64,000 nucleotides of DNA from Carpediemonas membranifera BICM (lineage: Eukaryota; Protista; Fornicata): positions 111,826 through 175,825 of the forward strand of contig JAHDYR010000015.1 of the NCBI GenBank assembly GCA_019828565.1, in the 5' to 3' direction. Shown one piece after another: positions 21,397 to 31,443 of this stretch. The position numbers and the translations under genes were made by a program. The notes under the pieces were generated by a model that was not told the DNA's origin, made no database searches, and saw only the letters and a program-made list of their open reading frames with translations. Every line of letters begins with the position of its first letter. Within the stretch, counting starts at the first letter, position 1.

Positions 21397-22314
21397 ATGG
21401 GATCGAAAAAAGACGCTACACACTTCCGAGTGGGACAAAAGGTGTATGCGCGCTCGAAGGACGGTATATACTACAATGCCCGCGTGAAATCGTTTGATAG
21501 CAAGAAAGACCGTTACAGGATCCATTTCTTTGGATGGAACGACAGGTTTGACGAGTTTGTAAGCGCAGCGTTCGTTCTCGAGCAAACAGAAGAGAACAAG
21601 CGTGTTTTCATGAGCGTAGAGGCCGCTGATGACCAGTCCGCTCAAGCCAGCGCTGCCCCCTCGGGCCCACCGTCACCTGACCACGACCCCACGGCGCCCG
21701 GCTCGCCACAGTCGGACGATGAGCAGAAGGACGAGCCGGAAACCCCCACCGCCGACCGTGGGTGGGTGTTACCCCGACCGTCACCTGTCCAGACGGCAAC
21801 AAAACGCCGAGGGAAGAAGGGGAGGCGGCAAACAAAGAAGCCGGCGCCCGTGGGACCTGTACTGACGAAGCTGTTCGAAGGATGCGGCGTGGAGCTGCGG
21901 CTGCCGGAGGTGCTCATTGATCGGCTGGCCAAGGTCGACGAGAGGGTGGCCAACGGCGAGCTGCTGACCCTCCCTGTCCCCGCAGACCACAGCGTCGACG
22001 CTATACTGGGGCAGTTCGAGGCTCAAGCCCCAGGGGTGCCCGAGACGGCCATGTTCGTCGGGTCCATGCGGGCGCTGTTCAACTCGCTGTGCCGCCCCTT
22101 CCTCGTCTACGAGGACGAGCTCGACCAGTTCGACGGGCTGGGCGCCACCGTTCCCGCGGAGGTCCTCGGCATCGACCACCTGACGCGCCTGTTCGTGCGG
22201 CTGCCAGCCATCCTCGAGTATCTCGCGGAGCCCGCCGTCCATGGGCTACTGCTGGCCCACGCCCGGTCTCTGCTCGACCATATGGCGGGGCGGACAGACC
22301 TGCTCGCAGACTGA
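21397..22314 (+). CDS. EAF3: MRG15/Eaf3 family protein (chromo-barrel + MRG domain)
   Basis: YRIHFFGWNDRFDEFV chromo-barrel, plus LVYEDE..Q and GIDHLTRLFVRLP MRG motifs. Confidence 0.85.
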   Translation: MGSKKDATHFRVGQKVYARSKDGIYYNARVKSFDSKKDRYRIHFFGWNDRFDEFVSAAFVLEQTEENKRVFMSVEAADDQSAQASAAPSGPPSPDHDPTAPGSPQSDDEQKDEPETPTADRGWVLPRPSPVQTATKRRGKKGRRQTKKPAPVGPVLTKLFEGCGVELRLPEVLIDRLAKVDERVANGELLTLPVPADHSVDAILGQFEAQAPGVPETAMFVGSMRALFNSLCRPFLVYEDELDQFDGLGATVPAEVLGIDHLTRLFVRLPAILEYLAEPAVHGLLLAHARSLLDHMAGRTDLLAD

Positions 22315-22403
22315 GCGCTAGGGCGTCGTAAATTCGTTTCCGGGAATTGCCCCATTTGACCACCCCTGTTGAAGATGCGTCCCGAAACTCATCGGTCGCC
22401 ATC

Positions 22404-23136
22404 ATGAGGCATATTCTGCTTACAGTAGCCTTAATTGGTGTCATTTACTGCCTCTCATGCGAGAGTAATGTCTGTATCGTCTGCCGCTCTCACACAGCAG
22501 TTCATCATAGAAAATTCTGGCGTAGAAACTTGTGCCTCCTGCTTCCCAACCGAGTTTGGGAACCATATTGTCTATGGAAACGATTCGAGACGAGTGCGAT
22601 CCTCATACCGGGACAACCAGGTGATCGAGACCATCGCCTACTCGTCCGACGGCACGATTGTCCCCGTCCCCCTCACCCTGTCCAACGCCAGCAGCTCGTG
22701 CAAGCTGAACACGTACTGCGGCATCAAGGACGGCGTGCCCCAGTGCCTTTCGTACAGCAGGTCCGACTGCACGGATGACAACGACTGCGCACCCGGCCAG
22801 ATATGCCACAGCCAGCAGTGCCGCGTCTGTGTCGAGCACTCGCTTGAACCCGAGGACGGGCTGCAGAAGGCATACTGCTTCATGGACAGCCTTCATCTGG
22901 CGAGCAGCTACACGGCGCCCTGGCTGGCCCTGGTGTGCGACGGCACGAGCTGTTGGCCCCCGACCATCAGCACGGAGCTGTTCACCATCCTGGTCGGGGC
23001 AGCGTGCGCCCTATCCGTCCTGTGCTCGCTGTGTGTCGTTGGCCGTTGCCTGTCGTCGTTCGCCTCTCACACGGTTGCCTCGGCCGCGGCCCTGAAGCGG
23101 GCCCAGGGTGACCGGCCCCCCATGGCTGCTCTGTGA
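22404..23136 (+). CDS. Secreted/membrane cysteine-rich protein; 28-nt intron 22470-22497
   Basis: Signal peptide MRHILLTVALIGVIYC joins in frame to a Cys-rich ectodomain and C-terminal TM via GTCTGT...CTCACACAG. Confidence 0.7.
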
Positions 23137-23387
23137 GCATGTAACAAAGATAGCTAAAGCGTATACAGTTTTGTAGGCATTTATATGATACATGCCTCAT
23201 GTATCATCCGTGCACCAGTTTGTCCGGAAAGACGCTTGAGATGAATCATGGCTTCTTGAACATGTTTGCAGCAAACAGACCGACAATAAGCCCACCGATA
23301 CAGAAGATTCGGTCAGGGTCTGAGAATAGCGCCAATTTGTCGATCAGAACACCGGAACAAACTCAGAGAGCACAGAGCACAGCACCT

Positions 23388-25019
23388 ATGTCCAAAACTG
23401 GATCAAAAGACAGCGCGTCGAAGCCTGTGCGCGCATCTAGGACATATAGCGACATTCACGCGTTCATATCACCCGTGCTCCCCAGCATAACGAAGGAGAT
23501 CTTGTCGACTCTGATCAGCAGGGCTGAGATGAAGGTCATCCTCGACCACGCCGGCATAGCGACCCCTAAGAGCATCCAGAAGCCCGATCTGACCGAACGT
23601 GTCCTGTCCCTCTGTCGGGCAGGCTTGCCGCCGCCTGTGCTTCTCGAGGACGCCGAAACCGACGCCGAGGACGCCGAGCCAGTCACAGCCCCCGCACCAG
23701 TCGCGGGTTCAGGGACCAATCTGTTCAGCAGCACTGTCTGGACGCGGTGGTCGCCCCTCCGCCCCCCGACAGCCGCTCCTCGGCGGGCCCCCAGTCCAGC
23801 CCCAGTGACCGAGGATGGGCCCTGTGTGCAGCCCCAGCCGCCCATCCAACCTCGGCCTGCAGGGCTGCCCAGTAACTTCGACGCCTTCAAACCAGTCCCG
23901 AAGCCTGCTCCGAAGCCAGCCGCGCCCCCCGCTCCTAGTCCGCGCCAGGTCCGGAAGAAGAAAGCCCCCGAGCGGCGCATGGTCACCCGGCGGTCCGACG
24001 CCCGGCCCTCGCCCGAATTGTCGCCGTCAACCGGCCGCCGCCGTGGCTTCAAGCCCTTCCCCGCCACGCCATTGAGCCTCGCGGTCGACCGGCGCCCGCT
24101 TTTTGAAGGGGCGCGCGTCTATCTGCTGGTCGAACCGTTCAGCACCTTTGTCACAGCGACACCGAGCCAGGTGCGGGCCACGACTCTCGCCCAGGCCCAC
24201 ATCCGGCCCGGCCACTGGAAGGTGCCGGGTGTCGTTGCTTCAGTCGGTCAGACCACCGTGACCGTGGACCTGGACGCGGCCTGCATGGTCGGGGCGACCC
24301 GCTTCGTCCTGGACGCCCTGCCCCGGTCGACCCTGGACACGCCCGAGTTCCTGCTCGAGCGGGCCGTCGTCAACGCTGCGTTCCCGCGCCCCGGGAACTG
24401 GGCCGCGGTTCCCTTCGCCACGGATGCCCCGGGCGGGCGTCCCACCGTTTCTGTGGATGGGCAACACTTTATGTTTGAGGCCGTCATCGTCGCGTGCCCC
24501 CCGCTCCCCAACCCGCGGTTCCCGGGCTCCCGCGTCAACTCTGTCGGGGCGCTATGGCCGGTCCAGCGTGACGACGGATGGGTCATCCCGGCAGACCAGG
24601 ATGTCATCCCGCTGAGCCCCTGGGAGCTCGTACCCGTCGCTGAGGGGTGCAACAGGGAGTTCGTGCCGCTCACTCGCACCGGCAGACCCAGTAAGCGGGC
24701 TGAGTCGTTCGGGCTCGAGCAGGCGGCCATCGGGCGGCGGTTGGACGTCCCCGGCCTGCGAGGGCTGGCCGCGTCAGCAATACTCGCCCACCCATGCGCC
24801 CTGCTGTTCGAGGACGACGACGACCTCGAGTGGGTCGGCTCCCGGGGTCTGCGGGCCTTGCTGCCCGAGGCCGAGGATCCTGTATCGGCGAGTGTCGAGG
24901 TGCTTGGCCGGGTGGTCGTGCAGGGAACCGTCGGGGAGTACGAGCACCACGCCGCACGGGTGCTGGAACAGTGGGCTTTGGCTGTGGGGAAGCACTACGG
25001 GCTAGGCATGACCGCGTAA
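23388..25019 (+). CDS. Hypothetical protein with a BRWD/PHIP-type Tudor-like domain and a Pro-rich linker
   Basis: PEFLLER, PRFPGS...W and LSPWELVP resemble the BRWD/ARF ancillary domain. SAP-like helix pair near the N-terminus. Confidence 0.55.
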   Translation: MSKTGSKDSASKPVRASRTYSDIHAFISPVLPSITKEILSTLISRAEMKVILDHAGIATPKSIQKPDLTERVLSLCRAGLPPPVLLEDAETDAEDAEPVTAPAPVAGSGTNLFSSTVWTRWSPLRPPTAAPRRAPSPAPVTEDGPCVQPQPPIQPRPAGLPSNFDAFKPVPKPAPKPAAPPAPSPRQVRKKKAPERRMVTRRSDARPSPELSPSTGRRRGFKPFPATPLSLAVDRRPLFEGARVYLLVEPFSTFVTATPSQVRATTLAQAHIRPGHWKVPGVVASVGQTTVTVDLDAACMVGATRFVLDALPRSTLDTPEFLLERAVVNAAFPRPGNWAAVPFATDAPGGRPTVSVDGQHFMFEAVIVACPPLPNPRFPGSRVNSVGALWPVQRDDGWVIPADQDVIPLSPWELVPVAEGCNREFVPLTRTGRPSKRAESFGLEQAAIGRRLDVPGLRGLAASAILAHPCALLFEDDDDLEWVGSRGLRALLPEAEDPVSASVEVLGRVVVQGTVGEYEHHAARVLEQWALAVGKHYGLGMTA

Positions 25020-25062
25020 ATGGCATGTATTTACGTAAATGGAGCATCGGACGAAGACGGCG

Positions 25063-27006
25063 ATGCATGCTCTCAGACAGCTTCTCCTCGTCGCAGCACT
25101 GGCCGCAGCGGTGTGGTGCTACACTTATGATGAGGGAAATTCGGATCTTCTGAACGCGTTCAACGCTTTTCTGGGGGACATCGTGGCGGACGGCGAGTAC
25201 TATGAGATATACGAGGCCTACTACGGCACGTGGACCGAGGACGAGCCCTTCTCTCCCTACGACTGCACGCTTTCGAGACATCACTGGCCCCGCGAGGACG
25301 CCATCGCCGACGAAGGAGCCTTCCAGGACATCCTGTCCAACCGGGCCATCCACGTGACCGGGACCAACCTCGGTGCGCCTGGGGCATTCATGCAGTACGA
25401 CAACGGCACATACTACGGCTTCGAGGTTGAGCTGATTGAGCGGTTCGCTGTGGCCGTCTCCAGGAAGTACGGCGTTGGTTCGATCTCGGTCGATGTCTCG
25501 ATATACGATGACGGTGTCACCGACTCACTCGGCACATTCAGCACAGACGCGACAGAGCACTTCCTGATCGGTGCACTCACGAATACTGTCGCCCGGCGAG
25601 CCGTGATTAACTTTGCATGCGGTAGTCTCAATACAGGCCCCATCATGATGATCGGGTCGACCGTCCACGGCGACCTCGATACGGCCACATGGTCGACTTT
25701 TAACTCGAGCGCCTACACCTTCTGTGTGGAAGAAGGCACCGTGTTCGACGACTACCGCGAGACTTACTGCCCCGCCACTGTCCGAGTCAGCTGCTCCGCG
25801 ACTGCGGGCCACATGTGTATCGAGGATATGCTCCAGGGCGGCCTGTGCGACCTGCTCCCGACGGATCTCCCAACTGCGCAGTACCTCTTCACGCACGAGC
25901 AGGAGAAGATGGCGGGCGTCACGCTAGGGCCCATGGTTGTCACAGGCGAGACCCTGGCCGTGGTCGTCTCCAAGGACGCGCCCTTCTACTACTACGGCAA
26001 CGAGCTGCTCGTCCAGACATGGAACGAGGCCTACCGCCTCTTCGACTGGGCTTCCGCCCAGGCCAGTACGATGGCAAACACCACCACGGCGCCCCCGCCC
26101 GAGCTCAACATCGACACATCGTACGTGATGGAGCGTAACGACGTGCGTTACCCCACGGGCGTGCTCCGGACCGTGCTGGACCTGACGCTGCTCACCATCG
26201 GGTACATCCCCTGGCCAGGGTTCCACGACGTCGCGGATAACGGCACGCATACCGGGTTCGAGGTGCTGATGGCTGAGAACTTCATCTCGTATATCCTCGA
26301 CCAGTACGGCGTCAGCCTCGTGCCGGTGTGGGTCGACATGAGTGCCAAGTCCATCAGAGAGGTCGTGCAGGCCCTCCAGGACGGCGATGTGACCCTAGTC
26401 CTGGGCGGTGTCCTCTCTAGGTCCGACCGGACGTCGTCTGGGACCTTTGGCGGCATCTACTACACTACGGAGATGACAGTGCTCGCCAACACCGCCGTGG
26501 GCGTGGGTGCAGTCACCGACATAGCCGCCCTGAACGTTCCGACGACTACGGCATGCAAGTACAGCATCAACCGCTGCGCCGACCTCACCGACTCCCACCT
26601 GTCCGCGGCCACCGTCGTCCAGATGGACACCATGGACGAGTGCCTCGACGCCGTGGCTTCTGGGGCCGCCGACGTCTTCCTCTGCACCCGGGTCATGTTC
26701 GAGAACGCCCGGGACGCCGACCCGACCCTCGCTGCGACCACGGCCGTGTGGGACGGCACCGTCACCCGGGGCGAGTTCATGGCGCCCGTGTTCAGAAACG
26801 ACGCCCTGTCCGAGAAGGAGGAGGAGCCGACGGCAATCAAGCTATACGCGCGCTGGCGGCTGACCATTCTCCAGCTCGCCATCGTACTGGCTGGTGCCGC
26901 AGTATTTATGGGTGCATGGGGCGGGTGCACTGTGGCCTCCGGCTTCTTCCTGCACGATCAGGTCATCACCCGGGCCGCAGTGCGCACCGCCAAGCCCCAA
27001 GACTGA
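25063..27006 (+). CDS. Type I membrane protein with tandem periplasmic-binding-protein (SBP family 3-like) domains
   Basis: Signal peptide, two repeats with GFEVEL/GFEVLM, T.AR...INF and VEEGT motifs, and a C-terminal TM. Confidence 0.7.
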   Translation: MHALRQLLLVAALAAAVWCYTYDEGNSDLLNAFNAFLGDIVADGEYYEIYEAYYGTWTEDEPFSPYDCTLSRHHWPREDAIADEGAFQDILSNRAIHVTGTNLGAPGAFMQYDNGTYYGFEVELIERFAVAVSRKYGVGSISVDVSIYDDGVTDSLGTFSTDATEHFLIGALTNTVARRAVINFACGSLNTGPIMMIGSTVHGDLDTATWSTFNSSAYTFCVEEGTVFDDYRETYCPATVRVSCSATAGHMCIEDMLQGGLCDLLPTDLPTAQYLFTHEQEKMAGVTLGPMVVTGETLAVVVSKDAPFYYYGNELLVQTWNEAYRLFDWASAQASTMANTTTAPPPELNIDTSYVMERNDVRYPTGVLRTVLDLTLLTIGYIPWPGFHDVADNGTHTGFEVLMAENFISYILDQYGVSLVPVWVDMSAKSIREVVQALQDGDVTLVLGGVLSRSDRTSSGTFGGIYYTTEMTVLANTAVGVGAVTDIAALNVPTTTACKYSINRCADLTDSHLSAATVVQMDTMDECLDAVASGAADVFLCTRVMFENARDADPTLAATTAVWDGTVTRGEFMAPVFRNDALSEKEEEPTAIKLYARWRLTILQLAIVLAGAAVFMGAWGGCTVASGFFLHDQVITRAAVRTAKPQD

Positions 27007-27193
27007 GCTCGCCAGAGATATGTAATGACATGATAAACGCAACTAGAAGAGAAGGCGGCAGACAATGAACGCCCTCGAAGTTTTGGTCCTTATTTATGTG
27101 AGCTATGTGACGAAGTGTTAATCTTGAGCCATGGCAACAAGACGGTTCTTTCGTCCGAACGGCTGATCCAATCCTGCCCAACTTCGTTCACAC

Positions 27194-27907
27194 ATGTCCA
27201 ACAAGGAGGGAAATAAGCGTGCATTACTCTGGGGTCTCTACACCAGGTCCCAACGGGCGGATCACAAAGAGCTGCTCGTAGAATCATTCATGGACGACCA
27301 TCTGTACCAGTACATGGCTAACGCCGAGGGGAAACCCGAGAAGGCCCGTCCTTTGCTCCAGGCCTTCATGGACATTGAGGAGCGAATCATGATTGCCACC
27401 GGCCAACTAGTCAGCCTCATCGACATCGAGACGCAGCAGACTCTGGGCGGGTTCACCGTAGTCCATTCGGATAACATCAAGCAGCGAAACAAGCTGCTCA
27501 ACTCATTTACCAACACGTGGCCGTACTACCGAGCCTACCTGACCCCCGCACACCGGCACATGTGGCACAGATATAGCGTCAACATGAGCGCCAATGCATG
27601 GATAGAGGAGATGCACTCAACTGTGATGGGTAACGAGCCGCACCTCTATGTCATTATGATCGCCACGCGAAAGGGGATGGAGGGCCGAGGGATCGGGTCC
27701 GATATGATGCGCGGGCTGTGTGAACTGGCCGATTCAATGGGCATTGCTGTCTATTTGGAGGCCACTCACGCTGAGCTCCTCCACTTTTACGGGAAGTTTG
27801 GGTTCGTCGTGGCCCCCGGGTGCGACAGGACCATTCTTGACCTGGAGGACGCCCCCATGTTCATCGGCTGTGTCAGGCAGGCTATAGGGATACGGCAGGC
27901 GAAGTGA
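27194..27907 (+). CDS. GNAT-family N-acetyltransferase
   Basis: YVIMIATRKGMEGRGIGS (motif A) and VYLEAT...FYGKFGF (motif B). Confidence 0.85.
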   Translation: MSNKEGNKRALLWGLYTRSQRADHKELLVESFMDDHLYQYMANAEGKPEKARPLLQAFMDIEERIMIATGQLVSLIDIETQQTLGGFTVVHSDNIKQRNKLLNSFTNTWPYYRAYLTPAHRHMWHRYSVNMSANAWIEEMHSTVMGNEPHLYVIMIATRKGMEGRGIGSDMMRGLCELADSMGIAVYLEATHAELLHFYGKFGFVVAPGCDRTILDLEDAPMFIGCVRQAIGIRQAK

Positions 27908-27933
27908 GCGCACATATTCTTTTAAAACACCCC

Positions 27934-28653
27934 TCACTCATCCCGCGCCATCCGCAGCCCATCCCGCCTCAGGGCACCGATCCATGCTCCACGGACGAGG
28001 CCGCAGGGCTCCTCGCATAGGTCTGCCTTGTTCAGTAGAATGTGTCGCTTGGCAGTGGGGGCATGTCGGGCCGCCCCCTCGTCCAACGCACGCACAACTC
28101 GCTCGAACGCTGGACGAGTTAGGGTCGGCCCGCCGGCGATGGCGCGGACAAGCTCTGGTCTGAACACGGTGCTCTCCGATATCTCTGCCCCCAGTGCATC
28201 CAGCCCGGCCACCGTGACGATGTCAGTGGCGTGCTGGGCGATGACGGGCTCGGCCGGGCCGAACGCCTTGAGGGGTAGCATACGGGCCCCGTCGGACTCG
28301 ACCATGACGCAGTCCGCGACGCCGGCGGCGATCAAGGCGTGTGGGAGGGCGGGGTCGACGCCGAATAGCCGCTGGCCTTCGTTCGTGCAAGAAGTGGCGA
28401 GGACGATGATTGATCCCGGCTCGATGGTGTGCGTGGGCGAAAGGTCGTCTGGGGATGATGCGAAGACCACTGGGATAGAACGGCCGTTGTTGAGGCGTGA
28501 ATCGCGGTCTGGGGGCTGGATCTTCGTCGTAGTCGTCACGACAACGCGTAGCCCTTGTTGAGCGGCGTATTCCGCGAGAAGATACGTCAAGTGGGTCTTT
28601 CCTCCACCTCCAACAGTGCATACAATCGTCCCTTTCCCAACATCAACGATCAT
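27934..28653 (-). CDS. yqeC: Selenium cofactor biosynthesis / Se-dependent hydroxylase accessory protein YqeC-like
   Basis: VGGGGKT, VVVTTTTKI, VESDGARMLPLKA..EPVI, VAGLDALG, VFRPE and LLNKAD give the full YqeC motif order. Confidence 0.85.
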   Translation of the reverse strand: MIVDVGKGTIVCTVGGGGKTHLTYLLAEYAAQQGLRVVVTTTTKIQPPDRDSRLNNGRSIPVVFASSPDDLSPTHTIEPGSIIVLATSCTNEGQRLFGVDPALPHALIAAGVADCVMVESDGARMLPLKAFGPAEPVIAQHATDIVTVAGLDALGAEISESTVFRPELVRAIAGGPTLTRPAFERVVRALDEGAARHAPTAKRHILLNKADLCEEPCGLVRGAWIGALRRDGLRMARDE

Positions 28654-28949
28654 TCGTTCACACCTTGCCTCTCGTGGCCCTGATGGGCGCATGCAGATGG
28701 CTCTAGCCATGGCGAAGGGGCCTATATGGCCTCAGGATGATGGCAGAGTGTCACGCCGGCTGTAAGGTTGAGAACAATCCTCGGCCGAATGATCGTTGAT
28801 GTGTGTATCACGATCTTGAACCCGGGGCCAATGAGCCTGTTCGACCCCAGGTGCAAGATCGTGATGACGGTTTGACCGGGGGCCTGGGTAATCAGGTCGG
28901 CTATTTGATTGGTTGAACACTCACAGAATTTCGAGACGTTCGCAACGCC

Positions 28950-30893
28950 ATGCCGCAAACTCCTGCGCGACGAATGGTCGAAGAAGAGAGTACATGCAAC
29001 TATGATACGCCTCCAGAGCTTCGGACTGCGACAGAACGTATCATGGAGGCACTGGAAGTGTACAATGACTTTTCGGAGCACCTCACGCCGGATCGAGACA
29101 TCGAGAACGCTAAGAAGAGCACCAACATATTCAAGACTACGACGAACCTCATGGACACCGTTCATCCCCCTCACCGAACACCGCAGTGCCCCACCAAGAA
29201 TGCCGATAAGAACACCACGCCGACAAGGGTTCATCCACCCGACTTTCCAGTGGAGTGGTGCCCTGTGGGGTCTCCTTCATCCCGCCACCGCAACACCAGG
29301 GGGCGGACTGCGAGGAAATCACAGTATTGCGCCCCGACTGGCACCGCGGCCCGCCCGAAGTCCATAGTCGCCGTGATGCCCAAAACAGCCGCTGTGGATA
29401 TTCCCTCACCGTCTCCAGTGATCAACATGTCACCAAAGTTTGACAAGCTGCACCGGTCCGCGACTGCTGAGGACTTGGAGCGAAGGAACGAGGAGGTGCT
29501 GCAGTACCTACACTTCAAGCCAGACGCCAAGGAGAGTCTGGAGGCCATGTTGGATCAGAAGCCACCCCCGTCTGACGCGGTGAGCAAGTTCACAACTGCT
29601 GTCCATGAACTCATCAGCGGCAATCGACACGCGCAAAACGCTCTTAGAACCAAAGTACAACGAGACCAGGAACTCGAGACGAAGCACGATGACTTCAGAA
29701 GGAAGATGTGGAACCAAAGGACGAAGCGGCTGGACCGGAAGCTCATGGCCCCATGCCTGTCGAAGGAGGAGAAGAGGCGGCTGGAGGAGATCACGCGGCC
29801 GACTACGGCGCCGACGAAGAAGCTCGAGAGAGGGAGCTGGAAGGTGCCGATGAAGGCGGAAGGCAGGCCGCCGTCCTACGCGTCCTCGGTCTTCAGGCCC
29901 TCGGCGAACCTGGACACGATCCAGCACGAGGAGACGCGTGAAATCAAGCGAGGGAGGCTGGCGACTGGGCTATCATTGACACAGAAGCGGCCGAGCACTG
30001 TTGGCACTTCTGCCCGACGCCGGTCGATAGACGAGCGCCCCGGCACCCCGCCCAGAGGCCAAGGCCTGGGCGTCTCCCTCGAGAGAAGGGCCGGCACACC
30101 CAACCTCACCCGTAACGTCACGTCGAGACTCGGGACGAGTCGGGGTCATATGGCCCGTGATCTCGACTTCCGATGCCCGACTGCTGAGTCAGATTGTGCC
30201 GAGATCTCGAGGAAATTGAGTGAATCAAAGTTCACACACGGCATGCTCTCGGACACGGTCAGATCCGGGTCCGCCCAGTCAGAGCGGCGCCACATTACCG
30301 AGCGGTACGAGCTCGCGGAGTTCGCATCGAGGACCGGGTTCCGGGGTCCGGGCAGCAGACCCTCGACGCGGGACTCAATGCCGCTCCCCCGCCAGAGGAC
30401 CCCGCCCCGCCGCCTCATGCGGCCGAGCACACAGGAAGGGAGGCCTCGGCCGCACATGCCCTTGTCCCGGGCCTCAGCCGCTCGGCCGAATTCTACGAGG
30501 ACTACAAGACCCCGACCCCGCACAGTCGACCCGGAAGCGGTGGCCCCGCTCGCCCATGACTTGAGTGGGCTGGACGCTTCACACCGGATCAGCAAGCTGG
30601 CGGACATCGGCCGGCTGTCATACAAGGTCAGCGCGAGGAAGTATCTCAGCAACAACAAGGCCGGGACTGTCGCTTCCACCATCGACGCCAGCACTCTCCC
30701 CCGATCTGACGCTGCCCATCAGATCAACGCCGCCGCCACTCAGCTGGCCCAGAGACTCAACAAGACTCGGCCCAAGTCAGTCCAGACTGCCAGGCCGAAG
30801 CTTTATGAGCCTGTATGGGATGGGGGGCGGTCTCGGTCCCGTGGGTCCGGGAGCAGGCTCGAGCTCGGCCGGTGGAAAGTGCTGGCGGAGTAG
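28950..30893 (+). CDS. Hypothetical basic, low-complexity protein (RPST/RPxT repeats, possibly ciliary/cytoskeletal)
   Basis: 647-aa ORF with host codon usage and repeated RP(S/T)T motifs. Confidence 0.65.
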   Translation: MPQTPARRMVEEESTCNYDTPPELRTATERIMEALEVYNDFSEHLTPDRDIENAKKSTNIFKTTTNLMDTVHPPHRTPQCPTKNADKNTTPTRVHPPDFPVEWCPVGSPSSRHRNTRGRTARKSQYCAPTGTAARPKSIVAVMPKTAAVDIPSPSPVINMSPKFDKLHRSATAEDLERRNEEVLQYLHFKPDAKESLEAMLDQKPPPSDAVSKFTTAVHELISGNRHAQNALRTKVQRDQELETKHDDFRRKMWNQRTKRLDRKLMAPCLSKEEKRRLEEITRPTTAPTKKLERGSWKVPMKAEGRPPSYASSVFRPSANLDTIQHEETREIKRGRLATGLSLTQKRPSTVGTSARRRSIDERPGTPPRGQGLGVSLERRAGTPNLTRNVTSRLGTSRGHMARDLDFRCPTAESDCAEISRKLSESKFTHGMLSDTVRSGSAQSERRHITERYELAEFASRTGFRGPGSRPSTRDSMPLPRQRTPPRRLMRPSTQEGRPRPHMPLSRASAARPNSTRTTRPRPRTVDPEAVAPLAHDLSGLDASHRISKLADIGRLSYKVSARKYLSNNKAGTVASTIDASTLPRSDAAHQINAAATQLAQRLNKTRPKSVQTARPKLYEPVWDGGRSRSRGSGSRLELGRWKVLAE

Positions 30894-31101
30894 GCGTTTG
30901 AACTTTTTGTACTTTTTAGAACCGTAAATGCAGCATGTGTTGGTGCCCAGTCCGGGTGCTTCAAGACCTTAGCCCATAGAGGATCGCGACTCTTCATCGA
31001 GGCCAGAGGCAGGGACAGTGTGAGACATTGGCCAGCACGCAGCCTAGTTGGAATACACTAGTCAGATTTATTGGTCATAGCTACGCTCTAGCGGCGGCAA
31101 C

Positions 31102-31374
31102 TCAGCTTCTGATACCTCTATGGAAACGCTTCGAATGCGCAGAACGCATCGACTTGAGCAGAAGCTCCAATTGCGCCAAAACGTGCTGAATATCAGCAAT
31201 GTCTGCCTCTAGCTCGTGTCTCTCCTCTGTAGTGTGGAGAACGATGATGAACTTCGGGTGCATCGTCCCTCTGCAGCTACGGGAGCTCACCTCGATGTCA
31301 AGCCGCCATTGAGCATTCTTGTACATCGGGAACTTCTCAAAGACGGCCGTAAGAGCCTCAGTATGGTCAACCAT
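31102..31374 (-). CDS. COMMD2: COMM-domain-only protein, COMMD2-like
   Basis: YKNAQWRLDIEVSSRSCR...P...L...LE..LK.MRS.H.KR is the COMMD2-type COMM domain. Confidence 0.7.
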   Translation of the reverse strand: MVDHTEALTAVFEKFPMYKNAQWRLDIEVSSRSCRGTMHPKFIIVLHTTEERHELEADIADIQHVLAQLELLLKSMRSAHSKRFHRGIRS

Positions 31375-31443
31375 ATGTTTCTGTATTGTGCACTTTATGT
31401 CAAGAGCGAGCGAGCTGGTTCTTCCTTCTGAGGAGCATTTGAA

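Noticed and set aside
27194-28653. Bacterial contamination as the explanation for GNAT/YqeC
   Set aside because: Composition, tight spacing and AT-rich 3' gaps match the neighbouring eukaryotic genes, and there is no operon or Shine-Dalgarno pattern. Read-level confirmation is still advisable.
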